The notes beneath the pieces were generated by a model, which saw nothing but the letters and a program-made list of their open reading frames with translations, did not search any database and was not told the origin of the DNA. Positions 53,047 to 64,000 of a stretch of DNA of 64,000 bases are shown here, piece after piece (position 1 is the stretch's first letter; each line of letters starts with the position of its first letter). The stretch comes from Octopus sinensis. Its lineage: Eukaryota. Made by a program: the position numbers and the translations under genes. The stretch is taken from NCBI RefSeq assembly GCF_006345805.1, contig NC_043019.1, positions 15,189,360 to 15,253,359 on the forward strand. Reading direction: 5' to 3'.

Positions 53047-53222
53047 TAGTAGTAGACGTCGCACATTTGTGTCTACCGGGGCTTTGTATTATTTATCAAG
53101 TCACAACAAGGACCTCAGACAGACACTACTTTACGCAATATGCATGCAGTTCCAAGGAATGCCAAATTTTGCAATACACCTAGATTGTAGGGTATTTCTA
53201 AGGTTTTCAGATGGCTTTTCAG
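53047..53222 (-). mobile_element. Short R4/Dong-like LINE 3' end (second subfamily) in (TAA)n
   Basis: LKSHLKTLEIPYNLGVLQNLAFLGTACILRKVVSV*; (att)n on both sides. Confidence 0.7.
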
Positions 53223-53236
53223 TATTATTATTATTA

Positions 53237-53272
<36 letters not shown>

Positions 53273-53274
53273 TA

Positions 53275-53715
53275 AGGCAGCGAGCTGGTAGGATCATTAG
53301 CGTGCTGGATGAAATGCTTAGCGATATTTCACCCTTCACTGCATTCTGAGCTCAAATTCCACCGAGGTCGACTTTGCTTTTCATCCTTTTGGAGTTGATA
53401 AATTAAGTACCAGTGAAACACTGGGGTCAATGTAATCAACTAGTTACCCTCCCCCAAAATATCAGACCTTGTGCCTATAGTAGAAAGGATTATCATTATT
53501 ATTAAGGCGGTAAGGTGGCAGAATCATTAGCATGCTGGATGAAAAGCTTGGCAGTATTTTGCCTGTTCCTACGCTCTGGGTTCAAATTCCGCTGAGGTCA
53601 ACCTTGCTTTTTATCCTTTCAGGGTTGATAAATTAAGTACCAGTGAAATATTGGGATCAATGTAATCAATTTAGTCACCTCCTGCAAAATGTCAGGCTTT
53701 GCACCTATAGTACAA
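53275..53715 (+). mobile_element. Two tandem SINE B (variant b) copies
   Basis: Two diverged aaggc.g..ag.tggc...agaaaggatt units. Confidence 0.8.
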
Positions 53716-53754
53716 ATTATTATTGTTGTTGTTGTCATTATTATTATTATTATT

Positions 53755-54186
53755 GAGTGAGAGAGCAGTGCATGCCATCAAAGTGACACTGGGGTAAAAT
53801 ATACGAAGCCCAATATACCTATCATGACTACCCGTCTGATAAAGGTACATCAGGCACATGCATCACAACCATATGTGTGCAACATGGTGATCTCATATCA
53901 AGATAAACAGCACATGACCTTGCAGGTGGGGCCCAGTTAGAATTTTCTTCAGGTCGAGTAGCCCATCCAGCTCAAAAGGTCCCTGAATAAGGGTTGTCTA
54001 AGGATGTTGAAAGAACCACCCATGTTTCCAGAGGTGAATTATTCAAACCCCAAAGAATCCCTCTCAACACATGGCTATGATGCTCCCCCACTACTTCTGC
54101 TCGTGATCAGAGATGCACATATCGTCAGCCACTAAGGGACATGCTCAATTGGTTATGGTCAAACAACTGACAAGCAAATCTGTGGT
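53755..54186 (-). mobile_element. Family D, 5'-truncated, in (TAA)n
   Basis: Intact 3' end, lacks the first ~125 bp, (att)n on both sides. Confidence 0.85.
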
Positions 54187-55818
54187 TATTATTATTATTA
54201 TTATTATTTGGCATTAGGAAAGGCATGCAACCATAGCAACCAGGCAACAACAGACAGTTGGAGTGTGGACAGCTCCCTGCTGGCCAGTTCCATGTCAAAC
54301 TTTCCAACCCATACCAGCATGGAAAGCAGACAATAAAAGATGATAATGATGATGATGATGATGGTGATGATGATACTGATGAAAAGGAAGATAATTACAG
54401 CAATGATGATGATGGCAAGGGTGGTAAAGCAAATGCTATGAGAGGGGGAAAAAGAGAGACAAGCACAGAGAGAGAGAGACAGACAGACAGACAGAAAGCA
54501 AGAAAGAAAGAGAGAGAAAGAAAAGAAAAAAGAAAAGAAGAGGAAAAGGAGGAGAGAATGTCTGACCGCATTTTTACATTCATTCAGTGAATAGCTGTAA
54601 ATATTTTCACACAGACGAGCTCAACAACAGCAACAACAACAACAAAAGAAAACATAATAATAACAATAATAATAATAATAACAATAATAACAGGTAGGTA
54701 TTTCGGTGGGTGTCAAATGTTGAATGAACCTCATAAAAATCAATAAGCATAATAAGAAGGTAGATAGAGGATAAACAGAGGGTAAAGAGAAGTGAGGGGG
54801 GAGGGCTGAGTGGGGGTTGGGGGGAGGGGGGTAACGAGCACTTGAAGAACTTGAGGTATTTTACTGTGCAGTCATAATATGTATATACATTTCAGAACAG
54901 TTAACAGTAAAGCACAGCAATACAAGACAGACCAGACCAACCGACACAGACAGTATGTGGACGCTTGACCTGCTAGAAACAACAGCTAAATCTTTTATTG
55001 ATCTCACACACACACAGAAACTGGTGCAGGATTGGTTGTGTGGCTAAGATGTTTGCTTTGCAACTACATCAACTGATCATGGCCGTTGCCAGCCTCCTCG
55101 TGCCAGTGGCACGTAAAAGGCACTCACTACACTCATGGAGTGGTTGACATTAGGAAGAGCATCAAGCTGTAGAAACACTGCCAGATCAGATTGGAGCCTG
55201 GTGCAGCCTCCCGGCTTCCCAGACCCCGGTTGAACCGTCCAGCTCATGCTAGCATGGAAAACAGACGTTAAACAATGATGATGATGGTTTTGGGGTTCAG
55301 TCCCACCGCATGGCACTGCGTCAGTCAGGTGTCTTCTATTTAGAGGACTAAGCTAACCAGTGCCTTGCAAAGAGATTCTAAAGACAGAAATCGGGTGGAA
55401 GCAATCTTTTATTTTTCTGTCTTTCACCTGTTTCAGCCATTAGACTATGGCCACGCTGGAGCACCACCTTCAGGAATTTTAGCCAGGTGAATCAATGCCA
55501 GTACTTTTTTTTTTCTTAAGCCTATCAATCTCTTTGGCCAAACCGCTAAGTTACAAGGATGTAAACAAAACAACACCAGCTATCATGTAGTGGTGGGGAG
55601 GTATGTGTGTGTGTGTGTGTGTTACAGGCATATTCCATTTTCCGTCCTCCGAATCCACTGACAAGGATTTGGTCAACCCAAGGCCATAGTAGAAGACATT
55701 TGCCCATGGTGCCACATAGTGGGACTGAACTAGATGAATGGTGACAGACCTGAGGGGATGAAACAGCAGAGTTTCGCATTTCCGTTCATGAGACAGTTGT
55801 AACGAATACACATCAGAA

Positions 55819-55864
55819 GTGTCTGACGAACAGGAACATGAAACTCTGTGTAAGAGTGTCATGA
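55819..55864 (+). ncRNA. Hammerhead-like motif with collapsed helix II
   Basis: ugu-CUGACGA-acaggaacau-GAAAC-ucuguguaagagu-GUC-aug. Confidence 0.4.
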
Positions 55865-56070
55865 TAATTTTCCAACTTATATATATACACTCTTTTACAC
55901 ATTTCAGTTATTTGACTGCAGCCATGCTGGAGCACTGCCTTTAGGGTGACAAACATTCACATAAGTACCAAGGAAATTACAGAAATTCCAGGGTTAAGTG
56001 AAATGTTTTTGTATAACATGGATAAATTAAGAAATGGAGTCAAACGCAGGTGTTATTCAAATCATTTGTA

Positions 56071-56146
56071 CTTCCAACGTATGTTTCGAAGAAACCATTG
56101 AGATTATTCCGGAGTGGGGTAACATCTCAGCTGTTTCCTCTTGAAG
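56071..56146 (-). ncRNA. Hammerhead relic with the CUGANG core missing
   Basis: cuuc-aa-GAGGAAAC..UGAGAU..AUCUCA..GUUUCUUC-GAAAC-auac-GUU-ggaag. Confidence 0.35.
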
Positions 56147-56309
56147 CATATTGCATATACCATTATTACGATCCAGTACGTAGTTGTTTGCAGAGAGAGC
56201 ATAGAGAGTTGGAAAATTTTGGGGTATTATTGGTTTACCTGAAGCAACAAACATGCTCACTCTGACATTCATATTGTAGTTGTTGTTGTTGTTGTCATTG
56301 TTGCGTTCA

Positions 56310-56605
56310 TAAGTGAAGGCACACGGCTTAGTGGTTAAGGTATTCAGCTCACGTATGTAAGGTCAAGAGTTCAATTCCAAGGTGGCATGTTGTGCCCTTC
56401 AGCAAGACATTTCAAGTTGCTCCACTCCACTCCACTCACCTAGCAGAAATGAGTAGGACCTGCATTTCAAAGGGGCCAGACTCATCACACAGTCACGCTG
56501 AATATCCCTGAGAACTACATGAAGAGTATGTGTGTCTGTGGAGCGTTCAGCCATTTATACATTAATTTCAAGAGCAGGCTGTTCCATTGATCGGATCAAC
56601 TGGAA
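56310..56605 (+). mobile_element. Chimeric SINE (E head, F tail)
   Basis: Matches 24030-24365. Confidence 0.75.
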
Positions 56606-57099
56606 CCCTCAATGGAGTGCCAGTTTTTTTTGTTTTTTTTTTATTTATATATGTGACTAGCAACAAAACAACAACAACAACAATGCTATCACCATATGCA
56701 AACTGGAATTCTTGTTAATGGCCCAAGATTTATTGTCTAACGACTAAACATAACTGCTTCAGGATTCATAACTATACATCAGGTGAGGTTTTATTGTAGT
56801 TCACATCAATAAACCGTGTGAGGCAGAGGGGGTGGGATTGGAAATTATGAGCCCTACAGTGTTAATGGTTAATGATTAATCAATAATCTTTTGACCAACT
56901 ACAAGACTCCCAGTGAAAACATTTATCTGGAATGGTAGTTGTTGTTGTTGTTGTTGTTGTTGTAACAGCATTCTACTGACGACCATGGTTAACATGCAGT
57001 TTGGAATTATAAAAACAAAAGTGAAAATAAATTGTGATAGAAACTGGAAGTAATGACAATGAAATCCTGCACTTCTTTGTATTTATATGACATAGGTGT

Positions 57100-57726
57100 A
57101 GGCATGGGCATGTGGTAAGAGGTTTGCTTCCCAGCCATATGGTTTCAGGTTCAGTCCCACTGCATGGCACTTTGAGCAAGTGTCTGCTAATATAGCCTCA
57201 GGCTGACCAAAGCCTTGAGAGGCGATTTGGTAGACGGAAGCTGAAAGAAGTTCGTCGTATATGTGTGCACGTGCGTGTCTTGACAGCTGGTGTTGGTGTG
57301 TTTACATCCCCGTAACTTAGCTGAGCAGCAAAACTGTCCAATAGAATAAGTATCAGGCATAAAAAATGACATTAAAATAAGAACTGGGGTCGTTTCGTGC
57401 AACTAAAATTCTTCAAAATGGTGACCCAGCATGGTCGCACTCTAGCGATTGAAACAAGACAGAAGCTATAGTAAATAACTGGCAGAGTTTCTACAGCTGG
57501 ATGCCCTTCCTAATGCCAACCATTCTGAGAGTGTAGTGGGTGCTTTTACGTGCCACTGGCATGACGGCCAGTTAGGTGGTACTGGCAACGGCCACGCTCA
57601 AATGGTATTTTTACGTGCCACCTGCACAGGAGCCAGTCCAGCAGCACTGGTAACGATCTTGCTCGAATGTTTTTTTTCACGTGCCACCAGCACAAGTGCC
57701 AGTGAGGCGACGCTGGTAACGATCAC
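57100..57726. mobile_element. SINE A (+, 57100-57460) and family C with three subrepeats (-, 57478-57726)
   Basis: Match window consensus. Confidence 0.75.
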
Positions 57727-58347
57727 TGCAGAGATAATAACCTTGCTGTTGATATTTCTAGGTGGATGGTTAGTATTAGCCAAATGAATGTTATTAGCTT
57801 CAGCAATTGGACTCCCACTCAACAAACTAATACTATGTGAAGAGACAATTTGTGAAAGAACACCTGTGTTAGAAAAGCCAATCCCAACTGTATGTGAGTT
57901 GATAACAGAGCAATACCTAGAATTCCTTGAAAAATTCCCAACAACAGCCTCACGGAACTGGAAAGGAAGATTAGACTCAACTTGCCTCCCATAAGGAACA
58001 ATCAACCAAACAGTCATGCTAGCAGTTGCCCCATCATCATCATCCTCATCATTTAACATCCGCTTTCCATGCTAGCATGGGTTGGACGGTTCAACTGGGG
58101 TCTGAAAAGCCAGAAGGCTGCACCAGGCCCAGTCTGATCTCGCAATGTTTCTACAGCTGGATGCCCTTCCTAACGCCAACCACTCCGTGAGTGTAGTGGG
58201 TGCTTTTTACGTGCCACCGGCACGGAGGCCAGGTGAATATATATATATATCTTTACATGTACAGTGATAATTTACAAAGAACAAAAGACGAAGACGGATG
58301 TGTAAACAAATAGATGTATTAGTTTAACACTGGGGAAGTGAGAAAGT

Positions 58348-58384
58348 CTTTTACGTTTCGAGCCTAAGCTCTTCAACAGAAAGG
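58348..58384 (-). ncRNA. Minimal hammerhead-like motif with variant core CUGUUGA, in a Penelope-like terminal repeat (about 58245-58440)
   Basis: CUUU-CUGUUGA-a-GAGC(uuag)GCUC-GAAAC-GUA-AAAG; flanked by (TA)n. Confidence 0.6.
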
Positions 58385-58554
58385 AACACAGAAATAAGCT
58401 CAGAGAGAAAATAAGAAAGGTTTAGTGGCAAGCAATCAATATATATTAAATTCAATCTTACATTGAAAGTCAACAAAGTTTGCTTTAAAAACATTGAGAT
58501 GTATTGAAAGATAGAGATAAGGAAATGATTTTATTCTCAAACGCAGCATAATGT

Positions 58555-58594
58555 TATCCTTATTTTGCAGAAATCTTTCTGCAAAATATGGATA
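58555..58594. repeat. 40-bp near-perfect palindrome
   Basis: tatcct-tattttgcagaaa-tc-tttctgcaaaata-tggata. Confidence 0.85.
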
Positions 58595-58759
58595 GTTTAT
58601 CCTGTTCATGCTATATCATTAGCACTATCTTACATTTGAGAAGAAAATTATTTCCCTATCTGTGTATATATATATATATATACTTTATTATTATCAAACC
58701 TACAAAACTATGACAAAAAAACGTTCCCGTTTGTCGGACAGTTTAGATTTATGAGCTTC

Positions 58760-59999
58760 CTTTGGTATATATATATGTATATATATGTATCTGTGTATGT
58801 ATATATATGTGTGTATGTATATATGTGTGTGTGTGTATAAATATATATATATAATGTATGTGTATATATGTATATATACGTATATGCGCGTATATATATA
58901 TATGTATATGTGTATGTGCATGTGTGTGTGTTTGTGTATGCATGTATTTATGTATGTATATATGTGTATTTGTGTGAATTTATGTATGTATGTGTGTATA
59001 TTTATGCATATGTGTATTTATGTATGTATACGTGTATGCCTGTATTTATGTATGTATATGTGTGTATTTATGTATAAGTGTGTATTTTTGTATGTATATG
59101 TGTGTGCATTTATGTACATGTGTGAGTATTTATGTATGCATACATATGTGTATGCGTGTTTATACATGTGGCGTTTGTATTTATGAGTATTTGTATTTCA
59201 CATAGTATTTGTACACGTACGTATACACACATGCATGGAAAGCATGTGTGTATAACATCTACTTTTACTGTGCATTGGTGGTGATGGTGGGGGGGGGGGG
59301 TTCTGTATAAATACGTGATAGGATAAAGATCAATACAAGCTAATATATATAAATAGAGCAATGAAATATACCAAAACTTCCCAGAAAGTAAATATTTCAC
59401 TCGCTCGCTTGCTCACCCCCACCCGCACTGTTTCCCCCACCCCACCCTATCCTACCCCTTCCCTATCAGGAGATCTACCTTTATATTTATTTGACTCAAT
59501 CAAAAGTCTGTCTCTATCTGCCTACACATATTTCACCAAGGCATTCCTCACCACCACCAGTCACACTTCCTATCTACCTATCTACCTACCTACCTACCTA
59601 TCCATATTTCTGTTTCAATATACAAATGCACCCACCCACCCATCCACCCACACACACACATACGTGCGCACATATTTTATACACTGTGCATGTGTGTGTA
59701 CACATATGTATGATCGATAATTAAGTGAACTGTACCGAATATGTGCCTCTTTATTACCAGAACGACCTTTGTAAAATACAAAATATATACATACACACAA
59801 CACACACACACACATATATATATATATTATATATATATATAATATATATATATACACATACATACATATATATACCTAAATATATATATATATATATATA
59901 CATACCTAAATATAGAATATATATATACATATATATATATATACACATACATACATACATATATATACCTAAATATATATATATATACATATATATATA

Positions 60000-60044
<45 letters not shown>

Positions 60045-60063
60045 CATATATATACCTATATAT

Positions 60064-60104
<41 letters not shown>

Positions 60105-60261
60105 CATACATTTACATATACATATACATACATACCTATACATATATACACACACTCACAAAAACATATAACACACACACATACATACATACACATATTT
60201 GTCTGCATGCATATGTGTGTGCACAAGTATTTAGCATTACTTAACATTTCACACAAAATAC

Positions 60262-60294
<33 letters not shown>

Positions 60295-60360
60295 CACACA
60301 AACACACACACACACTTTACATGCACACACAGAGAAATTATATATATATATATATATATA
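58760..60360. repeat. Compound (TA)/(TG)/(CA) microsatellite field including an atatacctaaatata minisatellite at about 59865-59985
   Basis: Direct observation. Confidence 0.9.
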
Positions 60361-60901
60361 TAGCACAGTTTATTTATTTATTTGAAGCTGATGATTCGCT
60401 TCGCTGTTATTTGTGACGCCTGAATGAACAGGGAGCACTTTGGTATAAATCAGGTCTCAAATGTGCGTGGGTGGGTGGGTGGGGTATGCATATATGTGTG
60501 CGTGTGCATGTGTGTACGTGCATCCATGTATGCGTGCGTTTTACTAGTTTCAGTCATTGCATTGTGGCCATGCTGTGTCTCCCCCTTTCCAGGGTTTTTG
60601 TCAGTTATATCAAACCCCCGGGCACTGTTGTGTTTTGTTAAGTAGATATTTTCTTGATGTCGTAAGGGTGAGGGGTACAAATTCAACAGGGCATGTAGCT
60701 TTGGGGGGGGAATGAAATACCAGAAGGTATTTTTGTTCTTCGCACCAAATATTCCACTACATTCCTCAACACTATTGCCCCTGACCCCATTGTCAAGGGG
60801 TGTTTGTCTTGCAACTTATTTGTTGACCCTGTTAGTGCTGGTGCCTCATAAAAGGCGCCCAGTCCACTCTGTAAAGTGGTTGGCATTAAGAAGGTCATCC
60901 A

Positions 60902-61114
60902 AGGCGGCAAGCTGGCAGAACTGTTAACGCACCGGGTGAAATGCTTAATGGTATCTCATTTGTCATAATATTCTGAGTTCAAATTCCACCGAGGTCAACT
61001 TTGTCTTTCATCCTTTCGGGGTCAATAAATTAAGTACCAGTGAAACACTGGGGTAGATGTAATCAAATAGTCCCCGTACCCCAAATTTCAAGCCTTGTGC
61101 CTATAGTAGAAAGG
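60902..61114 (+). mobile_element. SINE B (variant b) with perfect 17-bp TSD, inserted in a C-related element
   Basis: attaagaaggtcatcca at 60885-60901 and 61115-61131. Confidence 0.9.
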
Positions 61115-61459
61115 ATTAAGAAGGTCATCCACCTATAGAAGTCATGCCAAATCAGACAGAGCTTATCCTAGCACCCTGGCTTGCCAAATCCTATCCTGAG
61201 GTCATAAAAAAAAAGTACATATTTCCTTCCCAAGCGATGCCAGGCTCATAAGGGCCAGTTTCCCGGTGTCAGGGCACATATATTCTCCACCTGGAAAGGA
61301 TACCAGTCCCTCACAAACACTTGGTCAGTGGGTTTGGCCAAGTTCTTTTACCACAGGGAGATGGAGAAATCCAATATTTTGGACCAGATCATCCATCCAA
61401 AAGACAGAGAACAATTTTTCTAAAACCACCACCACCCGATGGAACACAGAAAAAAAAAA

Positions 61460-61810
61460 GGAAGTAGCTTGCTTAGTAACTACATGGTTCCAGGTTCAGT
61501 CCCACTGCGTGACACCTTGGGTAAGTGTCTTCTACTATAGCCTCGGGCCAACCAAAGCCATGTGAGTGGATTTGGTTGATGGAAACTGAAAGAAGCCCGT
61601 CATATGTGTGTGTGTGTTTGTCCCCCCAACAGCGCTTGACAACTGATGCTGGTGTGTTTACGTCCCCGTAACTTAGCGGCTCGGCAAAACAGACTGATAG
61701 AATAAGCACTAGGCTTACAGAGAATAAGTCCTGGTGTTGATTTTCATTGAACTAAAGGTGGTGCCCCAGCATGGCCGCAGTCAAATGACTGAAATAACTA
61801 AATAAAGAAT
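61460..61810 (+). mobile_element. SINE family A
   Basis: Complete head to tail. Confidence 0.85.
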
Positions 61811-62689
61811 AATACTTATCTAACCTCACTGTCCCCCTTTGCATATAATTCTTGCCAACGAGACAGACCGCCGCAACAAATTTCCATAGACTCTGGTATT
61901 CCACTAACAGACAAACAGACAGACGCACATTAACTAGTTTTCAACTCCAGTGATTTATAGTCAATTTCTTGTCAAATGATCTTAACAGCATTTTCTCTTG
62001 TTTCCTATTTTTTTACTGGTTATTTCTGTTTTTCCAGTTTGGTTTTGTTTCTTCCCCGTTTTAATCTATATTCCACAGACTGTCATGACAGTTTGGAATT
62101 ACATGGATTCTTCATTTCACCGTTGCCATGTTCTTGTGGAGGGTTTCGCACATGGACGGAACGTTTAGCTTCTATCGGTCAAAGAAACCATTGTCTAAGT
62201 AGATGAGCTTAGATATAAGCTGACTTTACATCAATCATAATTTTTTTTAGCAATTTTAGAGTTTACGCTTCATTTTGTTGTTTATTTCACCAGCTTTTTT
62301 TTTTTCATTTTTTCCCCAGTTTTTACATTCACTCTTGACAAAAAAGAGATTTCTACAGCAGCTGTTACCATTGTTGTTAAATAATATTCCAGTGGTCAAG
62401 TACTAACAGAAGTGGTTAAGCGTCGGACAAAAGGCTTCACAGTACTTAGTCTAATAGCAATTTCATTGTGAGTTTCAATGACGCTAAAGTCAATTTTACT
62501 TTCCGTTGTGGCTTCATTTTTGCTTTTCCATTCTAGGCTCCATAAAACAAGTACTAAGTACTAGTCAAGTACTGCATTTCATCTGAACAACAACTACAAC
62601 CACCACACAAATTCTGAAGCCTTGGGTTTATTTCAGTGAGTGAGGCTTTACGAGTTTGTCCGGCTTGATAATAAACACTGCATCAGTTT

Positions 62690-63195
62690 CTTATTTCTTT
62701 ATTGCCCACACATAAAAACACCATCCGAGCGTGGCCGTCTGCCAGCCTCGTCTGGCACCTGTGTCGGTGGCACATAAAAAACACCATCCGAGTGTGGCCA
62801 TTCGCCAGCCTCGTCTGGCACCTGTGTCGGTGGCACATAAAATCACCCACTACACTCTCGGAGTGGTTGGCGTTAGGAAGGGCATCCAGCTGTAGAAACA
62901 CTGCCAGATCTGACTGGCCTGGTGCAGCCTTCGGGCTCCCCAGACCCCAGTTGAACCGTCCATCCCATGGAAAGCATGGAAAGCGGACGTTAAATGATGA
63001 CGATGATGATGATGATGAAGGGGCTAAACATAGAGGGGACAAAGAAGGGCAGACAAAGGCTCCGGTTTCAGTCCCACAGTGTGTCACCTTGGGCATGTGT
63101 CTTCTACTATAGCCTCAGGCCGGCCAAAGCCTTCTGAGTGGATTTGGTAGATGGAAACTGAAAGAAGCCATCATGTATATGTGTGTGTGTGTGTC

Positions 63196-63234
<39 letters not shown>

Positions 63235-63435
63235 TTTGTTCACCCCACCATCGCTCGACAACTGATGTTGGTGTGTTTGCGTCCCTGTAACTTAGCAGTT
63301 CGGCAAAAAGAACCTGACAGAATAAGTACCAGGCTTACAAAGAATAAGTCCTGGGGTCAGTTCGCTCAACTAAAAAGCGGTGCTCCAGCATGGCCACAGT
63401 CAAATGACTGAAACACATAAAAGAATAAAAGAATA
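62690..63435. mobile_element. Nested cluster: B tail split by family C (+, 62708-63017), then 5'-truncated A (+, 63060-63435)
   Basis: attgcccaca / aaggggctaaacatagagggg halves of the B tail flank the C copy. Confidence 0.8.
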
Positions 63436-64000
63436 TATATAACACACACACACACACACACACATAAATATACATATATTTATATACAAATACATATAAA
63501 CATAAGCATATGTATAGACACATACATATACAAAAATATATATAAATATACATACATACATACACATACAGACACATCCATATACGCACATATATATATA
63601 GTACCATAATTAGCATGACAATGTCAACACTGCTTATCTTCCAAATCTCTGTAGTATTATTCTTTGGCACTGAATAATGGCACCCACCCATAGAGTGTCA
63701 GGAGGGGAGAAACACATATTCTTCAGGCTTTCAGTGGAACTGGAGAAGCTGCTGCTAATGTTAAAGAACATCTGATGTCAGTCAAGCATGTGGGAGTGTG
63801 CGTGTGTGTGTGTGTGTGTGGTGTATTAAATACTCACACATACATATATATACATGCACAAAAATATACATAAATACATGCATTCATAAATACAAAGATA
63901 TACACACACACACACATATATATATATATACACACACATATACACATACACATATACATATATATATATACACATACACATGTATACATATATACATACA

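Noticed and set aside
19515-54385. Other CTGANGA matches (19515, 33407, 39496, 47747, 48774, 54376)
   Set aside because: None has a paired helix II followed by GAAA and NUH.
54796-54831. G-quadruplex-capable G-run cluster (also C-runs at about 33078-33105)
   Set aside because: The motif is real but common, and no context suggests function.
6736-56400. tRNA genes
   Set aside because: A/B-box heads lack a complete cloverleaf and run into SINE bodies.

Overview
This is AT-rich, microsatellite-saturated animal genomic DNA, intronic or intergenic in character. The repeat repertoire and SSR density suggest an octopus or other cephalopod (inference, not a database match). Most six-frame ORFs are translations of simple repeats or SINEs, and no complete protein-coding gene can be supported. 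A few candidate exons are listed at low confidence. The window holds several tRNA-headed SINE families (my labels A, B, E, F), a (GAT)n-tailed retroposon (C), a ~555-bp element always embedded in (TAA)n (D), fragments of R4/Dong-like and RTE-like LINEs, a Tc1/mariner relic, piggyBac and hAT MITEs, and several minisatellites. Three observations stand out. (1) Five unrelated minimal hammerhead-ribozyme cassettes of the Penelope/retrozyme type are present, one fused behind a tRNA-derived Pol III head with a 5' inverted duplication. (2) R4/Dong-like LINE fragments and non-coding D elements share a (TAA)n-targeting pattern. (3) A 27-bp minisatellite arose inside a SINE from a microhomology already present in the SINE sequence. 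Repeat coordinates are approximate to about 10 bp unless stated as exact. All alignments and folds were done by eye.
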